Shown one piece after another: positions 9,437-20,910 of a stretch of 37,052 nt of DNA. The position numbers and the translations under genes were made by a program. This DNA comes from Candidatus Theseobacter exili. Its GTDB lineage: Bacteria; Auribacterota; JACPWU01; Theseobacterales; Theseobacteraceae. Below the pieces are notes generated by a model that was given only the letters and a program-made list of their open reading frames with translations, was not told the DNA's origin and ran no database searches. The first letter of the stretch is position 1. The number at the start of each line of letters is the position of its first letter. The stretch is taken from contig JAVCCS010000092.1 of NCBI GenBank assembly GCA_030765365.1, positions 1 to 37,052 on the forward strand, written 5' to 3'.

Positions 9437-10593
9437 TATGAGATAGTCTCTCCTTGTCTTAAAAATTTATGCAATGATTCTGCAGCACACACAGCAGCGC
9501 CTTTTCCACCAAGTTTTTTTCTAATTTCTGATAACTCCAATATCACTTTTTCTCTGCGCTTCCGATTTTCAATCAAATCTATAGCTTCTTCAGCAATCTT
9601 TTCAGGACAAGCTTTTCCCTGAAGAAACTCAGGATATACAGATTTTCCTGCAATGATATTTGCCATTGCAATAAATGGTACTTTCACAAGAAACCTCGCA
9701 ATAATCCATGTAAAAGGATTCACCTTGTATACGACCACTGACGGAACCCTTGATAAAGCCGCCTGAACTGTTACAGTCCCTGATGCTAAAAGAGCTATCG
9801 TTGAATTTGCAAGTGTTTCTTCAACTTTACCAGATACAACTTTAGCTCTGAAGCAACGTTTTTTAATTATATCCATTATTATCGGGCGTACTTCATCCGA
9901 AGCACAAGGTATTAAAAATTGCATCTCAGGATTATGACTCATCATTATTTCAGCAGTTTTCACGATCACCGGCAGATTTCTTCTTACTTCACCTTTACGG
10001 CTTCCGGGCAACAAAGAAACTGTAAGTCTATTTTCACTATCCGATGGTCTTTTGTCACATTTCCCTTCTCTCTCTCCTTCATTGCTTTCATCCAAAAGAG
10101 GATGGCCGACAAAGACCGAATCAACTCCATGTTCTTTATAGAAATCAGCTTCAAAAGGGAATATGACCATCATGAGATCAATATCACGTGCAATAGCCTT
10201 AATACGATGCCTCCCCCAGGCCCATACCTGCGGGCTTATATAATACACAACAGGAATCCCCAATTTCTTTGCAACTTTTGCTATTCGCAAATTAAAACCG
10301 GGAAAATCGACCAACATAAGTACATCAGGCCTGTTCTGTTTAAGCATAGCTACCAAACGATTAAAAACACGCTTAAACTTAGGATATTTCTTAAGTACTT
10401 CAAAAAATCCTACAACAGCAATTCCAGTTATATCTTCGTCAATAACAGCGCCTGCCTGAAGCATTTGCTCGCCGCCTATGCCTCTAAAAGAAACGTCGGG
10501 ATCAATCCTTTTCATCGCCATGATCAAACCAGATGCATGGAGATCTCCGGATTTTTCACCGGCAACAACCATAACAGATTTTATTAAGCCCAT
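9436..10593 (-). CDS. lpxB: Lipid A disaccharide synthase
   Basis: AGEKSGDLHA, VDFPGFNL, YYISPQVWAW, VGHPL, LLPGSRKGE. Confidence 0.97.
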   Translation of the reverse strand: MGLIKSVMVVAGEKSGDLHASGLIMAMKRIDPDVSFRGIGGEQMLQAGAVIDEDITGIAVVGFFEVLKKYPKFKRVFNRLVAMLKQNRPDVLMLVDFPGFNLRIAKVAKKLGIPVVYYISPQVWAWGRHRIKAIARDIDLMMVIFPFEADFYKEHGVDSVFVGHPLLDESNEGEREGKCDKRPSDSENRLTVSLLPGSRKGEVRRNLPVIVKTAEIMMSHNPEMQFLIPCASDEVRPIIMDIIKKRCFRAKVVSGKVEETLANSTIALLASGTVTVQAALSRVPSVVVYKVNPFTWIIARFLVKVPFIAMANIIAGKSVYPEFLQGKACPEKIAEEAIDLIENRKRREKVILELSEIRKKLGGKGAAVCAAESLHKFLRQGETIS

Positions 10594-11510
10594 AGCCTGT
10601 TCCTGCTTTGTTCTATAATTTGCATAGCTACTTCGAGGGCCCTGGTACCATGTGTAGCAGTAACAAGCGGCTCTTTTTCGTTAACGACACACTCTATGAA
10701 ATGCTGAATTTCGAGAACTATTGGTTCTCCGGGAGCAGAGGGAATTTCTTTATGAAGTATCTTTTCATCTTCTTTCCAATAAATCAATCCGTGACGTTTC
10801 ATATAATCAAGAGATATATACACATCGTCTTTGAAAACCCTGATCTTACGCATATTTTCCGGTGACACCCTGCTGGCAGTTATGTTCGCAACACAACCAT
10901 TGGCAAATTCCAACCTGGCATTTGCAATATCCTCGGTTTTACTTAGCACATTAACTCCAACAGCACGTATCTCCTGAACCTCGGATTTGACTAATTCCAA
11001 GATTATATCGATATCGTGTATCATTAAATCCATTACAACATCGACATCTGTCCCTCTTGGGTTATACATACAAAGCCTGTGACATTCAATAAACTTGGGA
11101 TTTCGCAAATGTTTGTCCAGAGTTTTAAAAGCTGGATTAAACCGCTCAATATGACCTACCTGAAGTATCAAACCCCGTTTCCTGGACGTGCTGGAAATTT
11201 CCTGTGCCTGTTCAAGGGTTTCCATAAAAGGTTTCTCCACAAGAAGATGAACATCCCTTTGAATCAAAGCCCTGGCCACATCATAATGTAATGTTGTAGG
11301 AACGGAAATGCTTGCAACATCAATGGGGCCCGGAACAGCCGCAAGATCTGTGTAAGCTACAGTTCCAAGACGCTCAGCAATCTCGCGAGCCCTCGAAGCA
11401 TCAGTGTCAACTACTCCTGCCAAATGTACTCCTTTAAGCTGACTGTAAACTCTTGCATGCTCTTTACCGAGATGTCCTACACCAACAACAATAGCATTAA
11501 TTTTTTTCAT
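10584..11510 (-). CDS. gnnA: Gfo/Idh/MocA oxidoreductase, probable UDP-GlcNAc 3-dehydrogenase (GnnA-like)
   Basis: VVGVGHLGKEHAR, LLVEKP, QVGHIERFNP, VVMDLMIHDIDI; located between lpxI and lpxB. Start moved to ATG 11510. Confidence 0.72.
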   Translation of the reverse strand: MKKINAIVVGVGHLGKEHARVYSQLKGVHLAGVVDTDASRAREIAERLGTVAYTDLAAVPGPIDVASISVPTTLHYDVARALIQRDVHLLVEKPFMETLEQAQEISSTSRKRGLILQVGHIERFNPAFKTLDKHLRNPKFIECHRLCMYNPRGTDVDVVMDLMIHDIDIILELVKSEVQEIRAVGVNVLSKTEDIANARLEFANGCVANITASRVSPENMRKIRVFKDDVYISLDYMKRHGLIYWKEDEKILHKEIPSAPGEPIVLEIQHFIECVVNEKEPLVTATHGTRALEVAMQIIEQSRNRLWA

Positions 11511-12336
11511 TTCCGTTACCTTTATATGTCTGAGCAACAATACAAAGCCCTTCCTGATTAGCACGATCTAAAACTTCATTTTTATCAAGAAAAAGGGTCA
11601 TATCGGCTTCAACAGCTAGTACTGCTGCTTTTGTTGACTTAAGAATATCAATAGTATCGATTCCGATAATCGGCACATCAAAACGCATATTCTGATCAGG
11701 TTTTGCTACTTTAACGACAACTATCCGTTCTCTACCTATCTTTGCAGCTCTTCTGATGGCTTCATCAGTTCCCTCTACAGCTTCAACTGCAAGAACAACA
11801 CCGTTTTTTACAATAACTGTCTGACCAATATCCATTCCAGCAATACCCTTGGCCATTTCCAAACCAAACAAAATATCATTTTTTTGCTGTTTATTTGGTT
11901 TTTTACGGGTTAAAACGCCTGATTGTGGCATTGAATTTTTCATGTATTTTGTAGAATCAACCAGGCTAATGCCTTCCTTTTGCAGTTCTTCGGCAATTGC
12001 TCCTAGAACCGTATCGGCATTTCTGTTTTTTAATCGTCCAAGCAGTTTTACACTACGCCAATCCAGCTTCAGATTCTTCAACATCAGAGTAGGCGGAATC
12101 TGACCAGCCATCACCACTTCATTTATACCTTCTGATTTAAAAAAACGTATCAGTCGATTCAATTGGCCAATACTAAACCATTCGATACGATCTACCAGTT
12201 TAGCAAGTTCCGAATCGGTAATATCATGAAATGCGGCGGCTGCTATGTAGTCAACCCCTTCCTCCTTTGCAGCTTTAGCAAAATAAAGCGGAAAAGTTCG
12301 GTTTCCTGAAATCAAACCGACTTTCAAAAGACTCAT
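11497..12336 (-). CDS. lpxI: UDP-2,3-diacylglucosamine hydrolase LpxI (DUF1009)
   Basis: MDIGQTV, LAVEAVEGTD, VKVAKPDQNMRFDVP. Confidence 0.93.
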   Translation of the reverse strand: MSLLKVGLISGNRTFPLYFAKAAKEEGVDYIAAAAFHDITDSELAKLVDRIEWFSIGQLNRLIRFFKSEGINEVVMAGQIPPTLMLKNLKLDWRSVKLLGRLKNRNADTVLGAIAEELQKEGISLVDSTKYMKNSMPQSGVLTRKKPNKQQKNDILFGLEMAKGIAGMDIGQTVIVKNGVVLAVEAVEGTDEAIRRAAKIGRERIVVVKVAKPDQNMRFDVPIIGIDTIDILKSTKAAVLAVEADMTLFLDKNEVLDRANQEGLCIVAQTYKGNGNEKN

Positions 12337-13118
12337 CGAGAGATTCCCCTTTGGGATCCAAGAATAAAGTTTAATAAATGCTCGATTTCAGCACTGGAGG
12401 GAATCTCTTTGCGTACAATTTCAATTGCGTTGGAGATTGCATGCTTCGAATGGAATAATATCTTGAAAGCTTTCTTAATATCTTTACGTATTTCCATGGG
12501 AATGCCATTACGCTTCATGCCAATAGCGTTGATCGATTTCACCTTTACAGGATGTCCGTCAACCATAGAAAAGGGCGGAACGTCCTGCACTACTTTTGAA
12601 CAACCACCAATTATCGAAAAAGTTCCTACTCTGCAAAACTGATGAACTGCGCTTAATCCACCTAAAACAGCCCTGTCTTCGATTACAACATGTCCGGCCA
12701 ATGTCGCAGCATTAGCCATTATCACATAATCTCCAACCTCACAATTATGAGCGACATGGCAGTAAGCCATTAATAAACAATTTTCTCCAACACAAGTTTC
12801 AGTTCCTTCAGAAGTACCACGATTTATTGTTACGCATTCCCGGACAACAGTATTACTGCCAATACTTACTAAGCTCTTCTCCCCCTTATATTTGAGGTCT
12901 TGAGAATCCGTTCCAATTGAGGCGCCTGAATAGATTTTTGTATTTTTCCCCAACTCAACATCTTTGCATATATATACATGGGGTCCCAGATATGAACCTT
13001 TACCAATAGTCACACCTGGACCAATAACGGTATATGGCCCAATATGAACATTATCTTCTATCCTGGCACTAGCATCGATAACTGCAGTTGGATGTATCAT
13101 TTTTTCGCTAAAACTCAT
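12333..13118 (-). CDS. lpxA: UDP-N-acetylglucosamine acyltransferase
   Basis: [44 protein letters not shown]. Confidence 0.97.
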   Translation of the reverse strand: MSFSEKMIHPTAVIDASARIEDNVHIGPYTVIGPGVTIGKGSYLGPHVYICKDVELGKNTKIYSGASIGTDSQDLKYKGEKSLVSIGSNTVVRECVTINRGTSEGTETCVGENCLLMAYCHVAHNCEVGDYVIMANAATLAGHVVIEDRAVLGGLSAVHQFCRVGTFSIIGGCSKVVQDVPPFSMVDGHPVKVKSINAIGMKRNGIPMEIRKDIKKAFKILFHSKHAISNAIEIVRKEIPSSAEIEHLLNFILGSQRGISR

Positions 13119-13567
13119 TTTTTTTCCTTCGATACCAGAGAAAACATCAGGTCTGCTTCTGTAACCAAAATACCATCTACGAAAGCCTGTCCTTTAACTG
13201 AACCTGTACGACCTCTAAGTTTTGTCACCTCAATTTCAAGTCTAAGCTGATCACCCGGCACTACAGGTTTTCTAAATTTTACGTTGTTAATAGACATGAA
13301 ATAAGCCAACTTTTCCGGTTGATCCTTAAGCATCATGACGCCGCCAACCTGTGCCATAGCTTCAAGGATTAAAACTCCGGGCATTATTGGATGCCCTGGG
13401 AAATGGCCATTAAAAAAGTCCTCGTTTGCAGTTACATTCTTGATTCCTACAGCTCGCTTTTCATCCTCCAGTTCAATAATGCGGTCAACCAAAAGGAATG
13501 GATAGCGGTGTGGCAAAACCTTTTGTATGTCAACTACGTCCATTAATACATTCTGCTTTTCAATCAT
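13115..13567 (-). CDS. fabZ: 3-hydroxyacyl-ACP dehydratase
   Basis: [30 protein letters not shown]. Confidence 0.98.
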   Translation of the reverse strand: MIEKQNVLMDVVDIQKVLPHRYPFLLVDRIIELEDEKRAVGIKNVTANEDFFNGHFPGHPIMPGVLILEAMAQVGGVMMLKDQPEKLAYFMSINNVKFRKPVVPGDQLRLEIEVTKLRGRTGSVKGQAFVDGILVTEADLMFSLVSKEKK

Positions 13568-13582
13568 AGCATGTCTCCTTAA

Positions 13583-14422
13583 TTATCGGCAATATTGGGA
13601 CTCTATTTCTTTTGCAAGTTTTACATTCATATCATGTCCAGATTTTATTGCAATGATATGACATTTGACAAATGACCCTAAAAGAAACATGTCTCCCATA
13701 ATATCGAGAATTTTATGCCTTACACACTCATCATCAAAGCGAAGTCTTTCTTTACTGAGAATAGCCTCATCTAAAATTACTACAGCATTATCCAGGCTGC
13801 CTCCTTTGATAAGTTCGCGTTTCATCAAATCTTCTACTTCATCATAAAAGCCAAAAGTTCTTGATGGAGCAATCTCCTTTTCAAAAGTATCCTGTGTTAT
13901 TACAAAACTCTGATACTGATCTTTCAGGAAAGTGTTTTTATACGAGAGAACGAATGAAACCTGGAAAACATCACAGGGCAAAGCAACAAGACTTACAGAA
14001 TTTTCCTGAATCCACAGCGGACTTGTAAGTGTTACTATTTTCTTTGGACTCAAATACTCCTGAATACCAGCAGCTTTGATCATGTCAACAAAAGGCAAAG
14101 AACTTCCATCACCAACAGGAGGTTCACTTGCATTCATTTCAATAATCAGGTTATCAATTCCAAATCCTGTCAATGAAGCCAATACATGTTCAACTGTATG
14201 AACTTTTATTTTGTTTTCACTGATAGTTGTTCCCCTGGCAACACTCACTACGTTTTCCAGACAAGGCGTTACTGAAGGAGATCCTTCAATATCAATTCTA
14301 ACAAATTTTACACCTGAGTTTTCCGGAGCTGGACGAAATGTAATTTTCGCCTTGTCTCCAGTATGAAGGGCGAAACCCTCGTATGTAACCGCCTTTTTAA
14401 TCGTTCTCTGATTGTCTATCAT
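13583..14422 (-). CDS. lpxC: UDP-3-O-acyl-GlcNAc deacetylase
   Basis: QRTI, TVEHVL, DGSS, SRTFGF, GGSLDNA, RHKILD, KSGH. Start moved to ATG 14422. Confidence 0.97.
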   Translation of the reverse strand: MIDNQRTIKKAVTYEGFALHTGDKAKITFRPAPENSGVKFVRIDIEGSPSVTPCLENVVSVARGTTISENKIKVHTVEHVLASLTGFGIDNLIIEMNASEPPVGDGSSLPFVDMIKAAGIQEYLSPKKIVTLTSPLWIQENSVSLVALPCDVFQVSFVLSYKNTFLKDQYQSFVITQDTFEKEIAPSRTFGFYDEVEDLMKRELIKGGSLDNAVVILDEAILSKERLRFDDECVRHKILDIMGDMFLLGSFVKCHIIAIKSGHDMNVKLAKEIESQYCR

Positions 14423-15458
14423 CTTCCAGGAGACTCCTGACTTTTTTTTCAAGTTCTTTTACACGCTTACTCAATTCGGGCATTCTCTGTAATTGAGCAT
14501 ATTGTCTTTTCCATTTTCTAATTGGGACCGCCGGATATCCAAACATAGTTTCACCCGATTTTATGTTCTTACTGACACCGCTTTTAGCTGCAACAATTGC
14601 CCCATCTCCAATTTCTATATGTCCAACAATACCAACTTGGCCTGCAAGTATTACATTCTTTCCAATTCTTGTACTTCCTGATATTCCAACCTGGGCAACA
14701 ATAATAGAATCGGCTCCAATCGTTACATTATGAGCAATTTGAACAAGGTTATCAATTTTTGAGCCCCTGCCTATGGTTGTTTTATTAAAACGAGCCCTGT
14801 CAATTGACACATTTGAGCCTATTTCAACATCATCCCCGATATCAACAATACCAACCTGTGGTATTTTCTTATGCTTACCTTTATTATCAGTCACATACCC
14901 GAATCCATCACTGCCTATTACGGTTCCACTATGAATGATGACATTGTTGCCAACTAAAGTATCGCAAAGAATTGTCACATTCGGATAAATAAGACAACCC
15001 TTGCCAATTTTAACATTATGTCCCAAATAGGATCCTGCACAAACTTTTGCACCTGAACCAATACTCACTCTCTCCTCAATTACCACGTTAGGACCTACAG
15101 CAACATCATCTGCCAGTTCTACTGTTTTATGAATAACTGAAGTAGGATGAATCCCTTCCAAAAGAAAAGCTTTCTGTAAGCTAAAAAGCTCCACAACCTT
15201 AGCAAATGCAATTGAAGGGTCCTCACAGTAAATCACAGATATTGCATCTGGCGGTTCTATTCCTTCCGGTAACAGAACCGCAGATGCATCTGTTTCACTA
15301 AGAAGAGATTCGTAACGGGTATTGGCAAGAAAAGTAATTTCGCCTTTTTGTGCCTCTCGGATCCCGGAAACACCCCTAATAGAAGTTTCTGCTTCACCAA
15401 CAAGCTGTCCACCAACTACCTGGGCAATTTCCGCAAGCGTTCTTTTCACGGAAAACAT
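14397..15458 (-). CDS. lpxD: UDP-3-O-acylglucosamine N-acyltransferase
   Basis: [32 protein letters not shown], hexapeptide repeats. Confidence 0.97.
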   Translation of the reverse strand: MFSVKRTLAEIAQVVGGQLVGEAETSIRGVSGIREAQKGEITFLANTRYESLLSETDASAVLLPEGIEPPDAISVIYCEDPSIAFAKVVELFSLQKAFLLEGIHPTSVIHKTVELADDVAVGPNVVIEERVSIGSGAKVCAGSYLGHNVKIGKGCLIYPNVTILCDTLVGNNVIIHSGTVIGSDGFGYVTDNKGKHKKIPQVGIVDIGDDVEIGSNVSIDRARFNKTTIGRGSKIDNLVQIAHNVTIGADSIIVAQVGISGSTRIGKNVILAGQVGIVGHIEIGDGAIVAAKSGVSKNIKSGETMFGYPAVPIRKWKRQYAQLQRMPELSKRVKELEKKVRSLLEDDRQSEND

Positions 15459-15474
15459 TTCTCCCCACCTGTTA

Positions 15475-16005
15475 CTATTTTTTATCTTTTTCAGAATACT
15501 GCTTGTTAAGCACCTTTATTATTTCATCAGTCAAATCGTAAGAATCGACTTTATAAAGCAATGCTTTTTCATTAAAAATGAATGTGTAGCCATTCTTCTT
15601 GCCGTATTCTTCAATGATAATCCTAATATTGTCAAATATTTCACGAAGCAATTTATCTCTTTCATTACGAAGTTCTGTACGAATTTGCTGATCAAAATCT
15701 TTAAGATCTTTTATCTTATCATCAATCACAAGCTGCTTTTCCTGACTTGCGGATTCACTTAAAAGCTCACCTTCCTCTTTAAGGCGCTTAATTTCAGAAA
15801 CCATTGTGTCTCTTTCTTGTGCCTTCTGGCGTCCTGATTCCTTCAGTTTTGAATCTTCAGATTTTGTATATTCGTATTCATTGAATACTTTTTCAACATC
15901 TACATAACCCATTTTAGTCTCAGCACCAATTACAGATTTTCCTGCAGCAAGACAAATAACACATGTAAAAACCACAACCAAAATACAACTAACCTTCTTA
16001 ACCAT
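15475..16005 (-). CDS. skp: Periplasmic chaperone Skp/OmpH
   Basis: Signal peptide, [11 protein letters not shown], coiled coil, DLTDEII; located between bamA and lpxD. Confidence 0.92.
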   Translation of the reverse strand: MVKKVSCILVVVFTCVICLAAGKSVIGAETKMGYVDVEKVFNEYEYTKSEDSKLKESGRQKAQERDTMVSEIKRLKEEGELLSESASQEKQLVIDDKIKDLKDFDQQIRTELRNERDKLLREIFDNIRIIIEEYGKKNGYTFIFNEKALLYKVDSYDLTDEIIKVLNKQYSEKDKK

Positions 16006-16043
16006 TTCATTCCTCCTTGTTAATTACTGCTTTAATTAAAATA

Positions 16044-18344
16044 TTAAAATGAATAGCCTACATTAAAATGAAATCTTTCATTATAATCAACAAATTCGTC
16101 CTTTTTTATTGGATAACCCATATCTAAACGTATAGGACCAATTGGAAGATCTAACCTTACACCAAATCCAGCACCGCTTTTTAAGTCGTCTAAAGCAAAA
16201 TCATCAAACTCTCTCCATACATTTCCTGTATCATAAAATACAGCCCCACGTACTTTTGTGATAATTGGAAATGTAATTTCAGAACTTCCTACAACCATTA
16301 ACCTACCACCGATAGGTTCTCCAAATTCATCTTTAGGGCCAACATCCCTATATTTAAAACCACGCAATGTGTTGGCACCACCCAGAAAGTACCTTTCAAA
16401 TATAGGTACTCTATCAGAATCACCATAATTATTCACATAACCACCCTGTAAACTTAATCTTAGGATCAGGTTGAGAGGTAATCCAATATACAGACTGTTC
16501 TTTGAATATAATTTATAAAAATCCCTGTCAGCGCCAAAAATTCCGCCAGCAAGTTCAGCACTAACATTGTTCAACATTCCCCTTGAAGGAACGAAAATAT
16601 GGTTTCTTGTATCTCTAGTAAAGCCAATCGTCATACTGCTTACTGTGTTGCGTCCTTCTTCAATTTTAATCTCATCGGATGCATCTTCAGAAACGTTATA
16701 AATTTCGGTTTCTTCTAGTTTATACATCAAATCACCACGCAGGAACTCAGCGATTCTCCAACCCAAACGCACATCGCCGCCTGTTCTTTTTTCATTATAT
16801 ACATCACTCAAGTATTCACTTTGTCTTCTAAAGAGATCAAAACCAAATGAAAGAGGTTTTTCTAAAAACCAGGGTTCAGTCCATGACAAAATAAAATCCT
16901 GCCGTTCTTTACCAAACTGTGTACGAAAACGCAGTTTTTGTCCATCTCCTGTAAAAGTAGGGAAATTTTTCCAATCAAAATTCTTCTGCGTAATTTCAAC
17001 AAATCCAATCAATTTATCAATAGAACTAAACCCAACACCAAAACCGAGTTCCCCAGTTTTGCCTTCTTCAACCTCAATTACCAAATCTTTTTTATCAACC
17101 TCCTCGGTTGGTTCAATATCAATATACACTGACTGGAAAAAACCAAGATTTAACAGACGCTCCTGGCTTCTCTGAACTCTTACACCATCACAAATATCTC
17201 CAGGCTCCAATTTCAGCTCTCTACGAATCACCACGCTGCGTGTCTTTGTATTTCCTTCAACACGAATCTCATTAACATAGGAAATATCTCCTTCTGTTAT
17301 CTGAAACTTGATATTCATAGCTTCAGATGAAGTATCAAGATATGTCTCAACTCTTACTCTGACGTCAATATATCCTTTAGCGTAATAATATCTTTTTATA
17401 TACGATTGAGCCCTTCGCAAACTATCCGGTGTAAATATTTTTCCAGTCTGAAGCCCAACACCCTTCATTATATCAACTGAAGGAAAAGTCTCATTCCCGG
17501 AAATCGAGGTTTCTCCAACATAATACCTTTTGCCTTCATCAACTGTAATAGTAATGAATATTTTGCGTCCGTCATCAGACAGTTCTGTTTTAATATCCTC
17601 AACTTTCACATCAAGAAACCCATACATACGGAAATATTCTCGAACTCTGTCTGTGTCTTTATCAAATTCATATGGATTGAATTTTCCTGAAGAAAATAAA
17701 GTGGATTTTTTGGTTTTCATTATTTTAAGAAGCGATTTGGCTTTAATTGATTTGTTGCCAATAAAAGAAATCTTCTTAACTTTAGCACGCTGATTTTCTT
17801 TCACAGAAAATAGAACAATGGCATCTCCATGCGCCACATCCATACTTATTTTGTAATCTACTTCTGCTTTGTAATACCCTTTTTCTCTATAATATTGAAG
17901 AAGTGCTTCACGATCTTTCTGAACTTGAGATTCGCTAAGAATTTTACCAACCGCAGACTCAACTTTCTTCAGTAGTTTTTTATCTTTCAGCGCATGATTT
18001 CCTTCAACAAGGATCTCTTTTACAACCGGGTTCTCGGCAACTAATATTGTAAGAATTACTCCATCGTAAGTCTCTTCCATATCAATACTAATATTTGAGA
18101 AAAAGCCAAGCTTATACAACCGTTTGATATCTTCATTAAGATCTCGCGGTTTTAATGGACTTCCTACTTTAGTTTTGATTTTTGCAAGGATTACATTGCT
18201 GCTGACTGTTTGGTTACCTTGAATCTGAATATCTTTGACAACAGTTCCTTCCAAATCGGCAAATGAATATGAGATCGGGAATCCTGCTCCCATAACCAAG
18301 AATACTGCTAACAACCACAACACCGCTTTTTTACATATATCCAT
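16044..18344 (-). CDS. bamA: Outer membrane protein assembly factor BamA
   Basis: POTRA repeats (IQIQGN, GNTKTR..VIRRE), LRGF motif, PIGPIRLD, C-terminal FNVGYSF. Confidence 0.97.
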   Translation of the reverse strand: MDICKKAVLWLLAVFLVMGAGFPISYSFADLEGTVVKDIQIQGNQTVSSNVILAKIKTKVGSPLKPRDLNEDIKRLYKLGFFSNISIDMEETYDGVILTILVAENPVVKEILVEGNHALKDKKLLKKVESAVGKILSESQVQKDREALLQYYREKGYYKAEVDYKISMDVAHGDAIVLFSVKENQRAKVKKISFIGNKSIKAKSLLKIMKTKKSTLFSSGKFNPYEFDKDTDRVREYFRMYGFLDVKVEDIKTELSDDGRKIFITITVDEGKRYYVGETSISGNETFPSVDIMKGVGLQTGKIFTPDSLRRAQSYIKRYYYAKGYIDVRVRVETYLDTSSEAMNIKFQITEGDISYVNEIRVEGNTKTRSVVIRRELKLEPGDICDGVRVQRSQERLLNLGFFQSVYIDIEPTEEVDKKDLVIEVEEGKTGELGFGVGFSSIDKLIGFVEITQKNFDWKNFPTFTGDGQKLRFRTQFGKERQDFILSWTEPWFLEKPLSFGFDLFRRQSEYLSDVYNEKRTGGDVRLGWRIAEFLRGDLMYKLEETEIYNVSEDASDEIKIEEGRNTVSSMTIGFTRDTRNHIFVPSRGMLNNVSAELAGGIFGADRDFYKLYSKNSLYIGLPLNLILRLSLQGGYVNNYGDSDRVPIFERYFLGGANTLRGFKYRDVGPKDEFGEPIGGRLMVVGSSEITFPIITKVRGAVFYDTGNVWREFDDFALDDLKSGAGFGVRLDLPIGPIRLDMGYPIKKDEFVDYNERFHFNVGYSF

Positions 18345-18370
18345 ACTATTATTCCTCCCCGTATATGCCG

Positions 18371-19747
18371 CTAATCTTCAATTTCCTCTTGATATGATAA
18401 ATCGTTAAAACGTGTATATTCCTTCTGAAACTGCAATTTAAAAGAACCGACAGGTCCGTTTCTCTGCTTTGCAATTATAATATCCGCTTCGCCTGGATCA
18501 GCATTTTCATCATAATATGCTTTTCTCAACATTAATACAACTACATCAGCATCTTGTTCAATTGCGCCTGATTCCCTTAAGTCTGACAATTGCGGTCGGT
18601 GTTCCGGACGCTGCTCTGGTCCCCGATTAAGCTGGGAAAGAACAATAATTGGCACCTTCAGCTCGCGCGCAAGGGCTTTTAACGACCTTGATATCTCGGA
18701 AATTTCCTGTTGTCTATTCTCGGTACGAGATGTACTCCGTCCTTCCAGGAGCTGAAGATAGTCAACTATAATCAATCCAATTTTATGGTGCTCTTTTAAA
18801 CGCCTGGCTTTTGCTCTAAGTTCCAAAGCTGACAAGCTTGGAGTGTCATCCACAAACAATGACGCTCCACTAAGAACATTTGCAGTACGTACAAGTTTTT
18901 TCCAATCGCTCTGGGAAAGAATGCCTCGACGAACACCCTGAAGATTAACCATTCCGTGTGCACACAAAAGGCGCTGGACTAATTGCTCTTTAGACATTTC
19001 TAAACTAAAAATCGCGACAGGAAGTTTTTCCTTAACTCCAGCATGAAGAGCAATATTTAAAGCAAGAGACGTTTTACCCATTGAAGGCCGGGCTGCAATT
19101 ACAATTAAATCTGAAGGTTGCAATCCTGAAGTTTTTTCATCAAAAATGGAAAAGCCTGTAGAAACACCCGTTAAAGCGCCTTTCTTCTGATGAACATTGT
19201 CTATAATTTCAATGCCCTCTTTTACAAGTTCCTTGAAAGGACGTATACCAGCTTTTTCAAGTTTCTTTTCCTGAATTCTAAAAACCTGCTGCTCAGAATA
19301 ATCAATAAGATCACTCACATTTTCAGTATCTGAATAACACCTATTAATTATTCCATCAGAAGCATGAATTAATTCTCTCAGAAGAGCCTTTTCACGAACA
19401 ACTTCAATGTAATAATCAATATTCGCAGCTGAAGGAACCGCATCGAACACTTCTGTAACGACCTGAACACCACCAACATCCTCCAACTGTTTTTCCTTGC
19501 GAAGACGTTCTGTTACCGAAAGAAGATCTATTGGTTTTTTTTCATCACACAATTCAACAATTGTTTTAAAAAGAATTCTGTATGGATCAAAATAAAAAGA
19601 ATCCTGGGACAAATGCTCTATCGCACTGCCTATAGCATCTTTATCCAAAAGCATTGAGCCTATTACATACCGCTCAGCATTTGGATTCTGTGGCAAAACC
19701 CTGCTTAAATTCGATTCTGCCGCAGTCCTTCTGCTATGTTCTATCAC
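18371..19747 (-). CDS. dnaB: Replicative DNA helicase
   Basis: LPQN..AE, AARPSMGKT, FSLEM, VDYLQL, LSQLNR, DLRESGAIEQDAD. No intein. Probable GTG start overlapping the rplI stop (alternative ATG 19762). Confidence 0.97.
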   Translation of the reverse strand: MIEHSRRTAAESNLSRVLPQNPNAERYVIGSMLLDKDAIGSAIEHLSQDSFYFDPYRILFKTIVELCDEKKPIDLLSVTERLRKEKQLEDVGGVQVVTEVFDAVPSAANIDYYIEVVREKALLRELIHASDGIINRCYSDTENVSDLIDYSEQQVFRIQEKKLEKAGIRPFKELVKEGIEIIDNVHQKKGALTGVSTGFSIFDEKTSGLQPSDLIVIAARPSMGKTSLALNIALHAGVKEKLPVAIFSLEMSKEQLVQRLLCAHGMVNLQGVRRGILSQSDWKKLVRTANVLSGASLFVDDTPSLSALELRAKARRLKEHHKIGLIIVDYLQLLEGRSTSRTENRQQEISEISRSLKALARELKVPIIVLSQLNRGPEQRPEHRPQLSDLRESGAIEQDADVVVLMLRKAYYDENADPGEADIIIAKQRNGPVGSFKLQFQKEYTRFNDLSYQEEIED

Positions 19748-20187
19748 TCTTTGACTACCCATACTTTAACCTGTGTATTAACATCAGCATGCACATGAAT
19801 ATCTACAGAATAAACGCCAAGTTTTTTTAGAGGTTCATCCAGATGAATTTTACGTTTATCTATTTGTATTTCTTCCTTCAGCAAGGCATCAGCAATATCC
19901 TGAGATGTAACAGAGCCGAACAGTTTATCTTCTTCACCTGCTTTAACAGGTATTGTAACTGAAACCGCCCCCAATTTTTCTGCAAGAGATTTGGCTTCTT
20001 CCAGCTCCTGCTGAATCCTCGCGTCTCGACGTGAAAAAATTGATTGTACAACCTGCTTATTAGCTTCAGAGTTACGTAAAGCTAATTTTTTTGGAAGAAG
20101 AAAATTTCTTGCATAACCATTTGCTACATCAACCAAGTCACCTTCTTTTCCAAGCTTATCAATATCCGACAACAAAATCACTTCCAT
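19744..20187 (-). CDS. rplI: 50S ribosomal protein bL9
   Basis: MEVILL..LGKEG, GYARNFLLP, KLFGSVT. Confidence 0.98.
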   Translation of the reverse strand: MEVILLSDIDKLGKEGDLVDVANGYARNFLLPKKLALRNSEANKQVVQSIFSRRDARIQQELEEAKSLAEKLGAVSVTIPVKAGEEDKLFGSVTSQDIADALLKEEIQIDKRKIHLDEPLKKLGVYSVDIHVHADVNTQVKVWVVKE

Positions 20188-20200
20188 TATAAAATTCTCC

Positions 20201-20410
20201 CTATCGAATTGCTACAAAAGGCATTAGCGCTATAAACCTGGCGCGCTTTATTTGTCTTGTTAACTGCCTTTGATGAATAGTACACGTACCGGTAATCCGA
20301 CGAGGAATTATCTTGCCTCTGTCAGTCGTGAATCTAGTCAATCGCCCTGTATCCTTGTAATCAATATTCCGGATTTTATCTTCACAAAACCTGCATTTCT
20401 TTCTTGCCAT
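20201..20410 (-). CDS. rpsR: 30S ribosomal protein bS18 (Zn-binding type)
   Basis: [32 protein letters not shown] 20410 with a GAGGAG RBS. Confidence 0.97.
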   Translation of the reverse strand: MARKKCRFCEDKIRNIDYKDTGRLTRFTTDRGKIIPRRITGTCTIHQRQLTRQIKRARFIALMPFVAIR

Positions 20411-20430
20411 GGTTTCTCCTCGTTTCATTA

Positions 20431-20895
20431 TTAAAAGGGGATATCATCCTCCCCAACTTCATTTGCTGAGTTTATTATATCCTCATTCGTTTTTTCAGCA
20501 ACATCACTACTCTTACTTTCACTTTGTACGCTTTCTGTAGATGCACTTTCTGTAGACGCGCTTCTAGGCCTTCCAAGAAACTGAACTCTCATTGCATGGA
20601 CTCTCATTCTACTGCGTTTTTCACCTTCTTTGGTTTCCCAGATATCCAAATGCAGACGGCCTTCAATCAGAATAGGAGACCCCTTGCTCAGGTATTCTCC
20701 AGATGTTTCAGCCTGACGTCCCCACACAACTATATCTACATAAGTTACTTCCTCCCTGCGCTCACCTGACTTTGTTACATAATTACGTCCAATTGCCAAA
20801 CCCAGGTCAGCTACTGCCTGACCTCCTGAAGTATATCTAAGTTCAGGATCACGAGTTAATCTCCCAGCCAGGAAAACCCGATTCAAATCTGCCAT
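20431..20895 (-). CDS. ssb: Single-stranded DNA-binding protein
   Basis: [19 protein letters not shown]; C-terminal DDIPF. Confidence 0.98.
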   Translation of the reverse strand: MADLNRVFLAGRLTRDPELRYTSGGQAVADLGLAIGRNYVTKSGERREEVTYVDIVVWGRQAETSGEYLSKGSPILIEGRLHLDIWETKEGEKRSRMRVHAMRVQFLGRPRSASTESASTESVQSESKSSDVAEKTNEDIINSANEVGEDDIPF

Positions 20896-20910
20896 AACAA
20901 ATCTCCTGCT

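Noticed and set aside
9919-10587. 222-aa plus-strand ORF
   Set aside because: Antisense shadow of lpxB.
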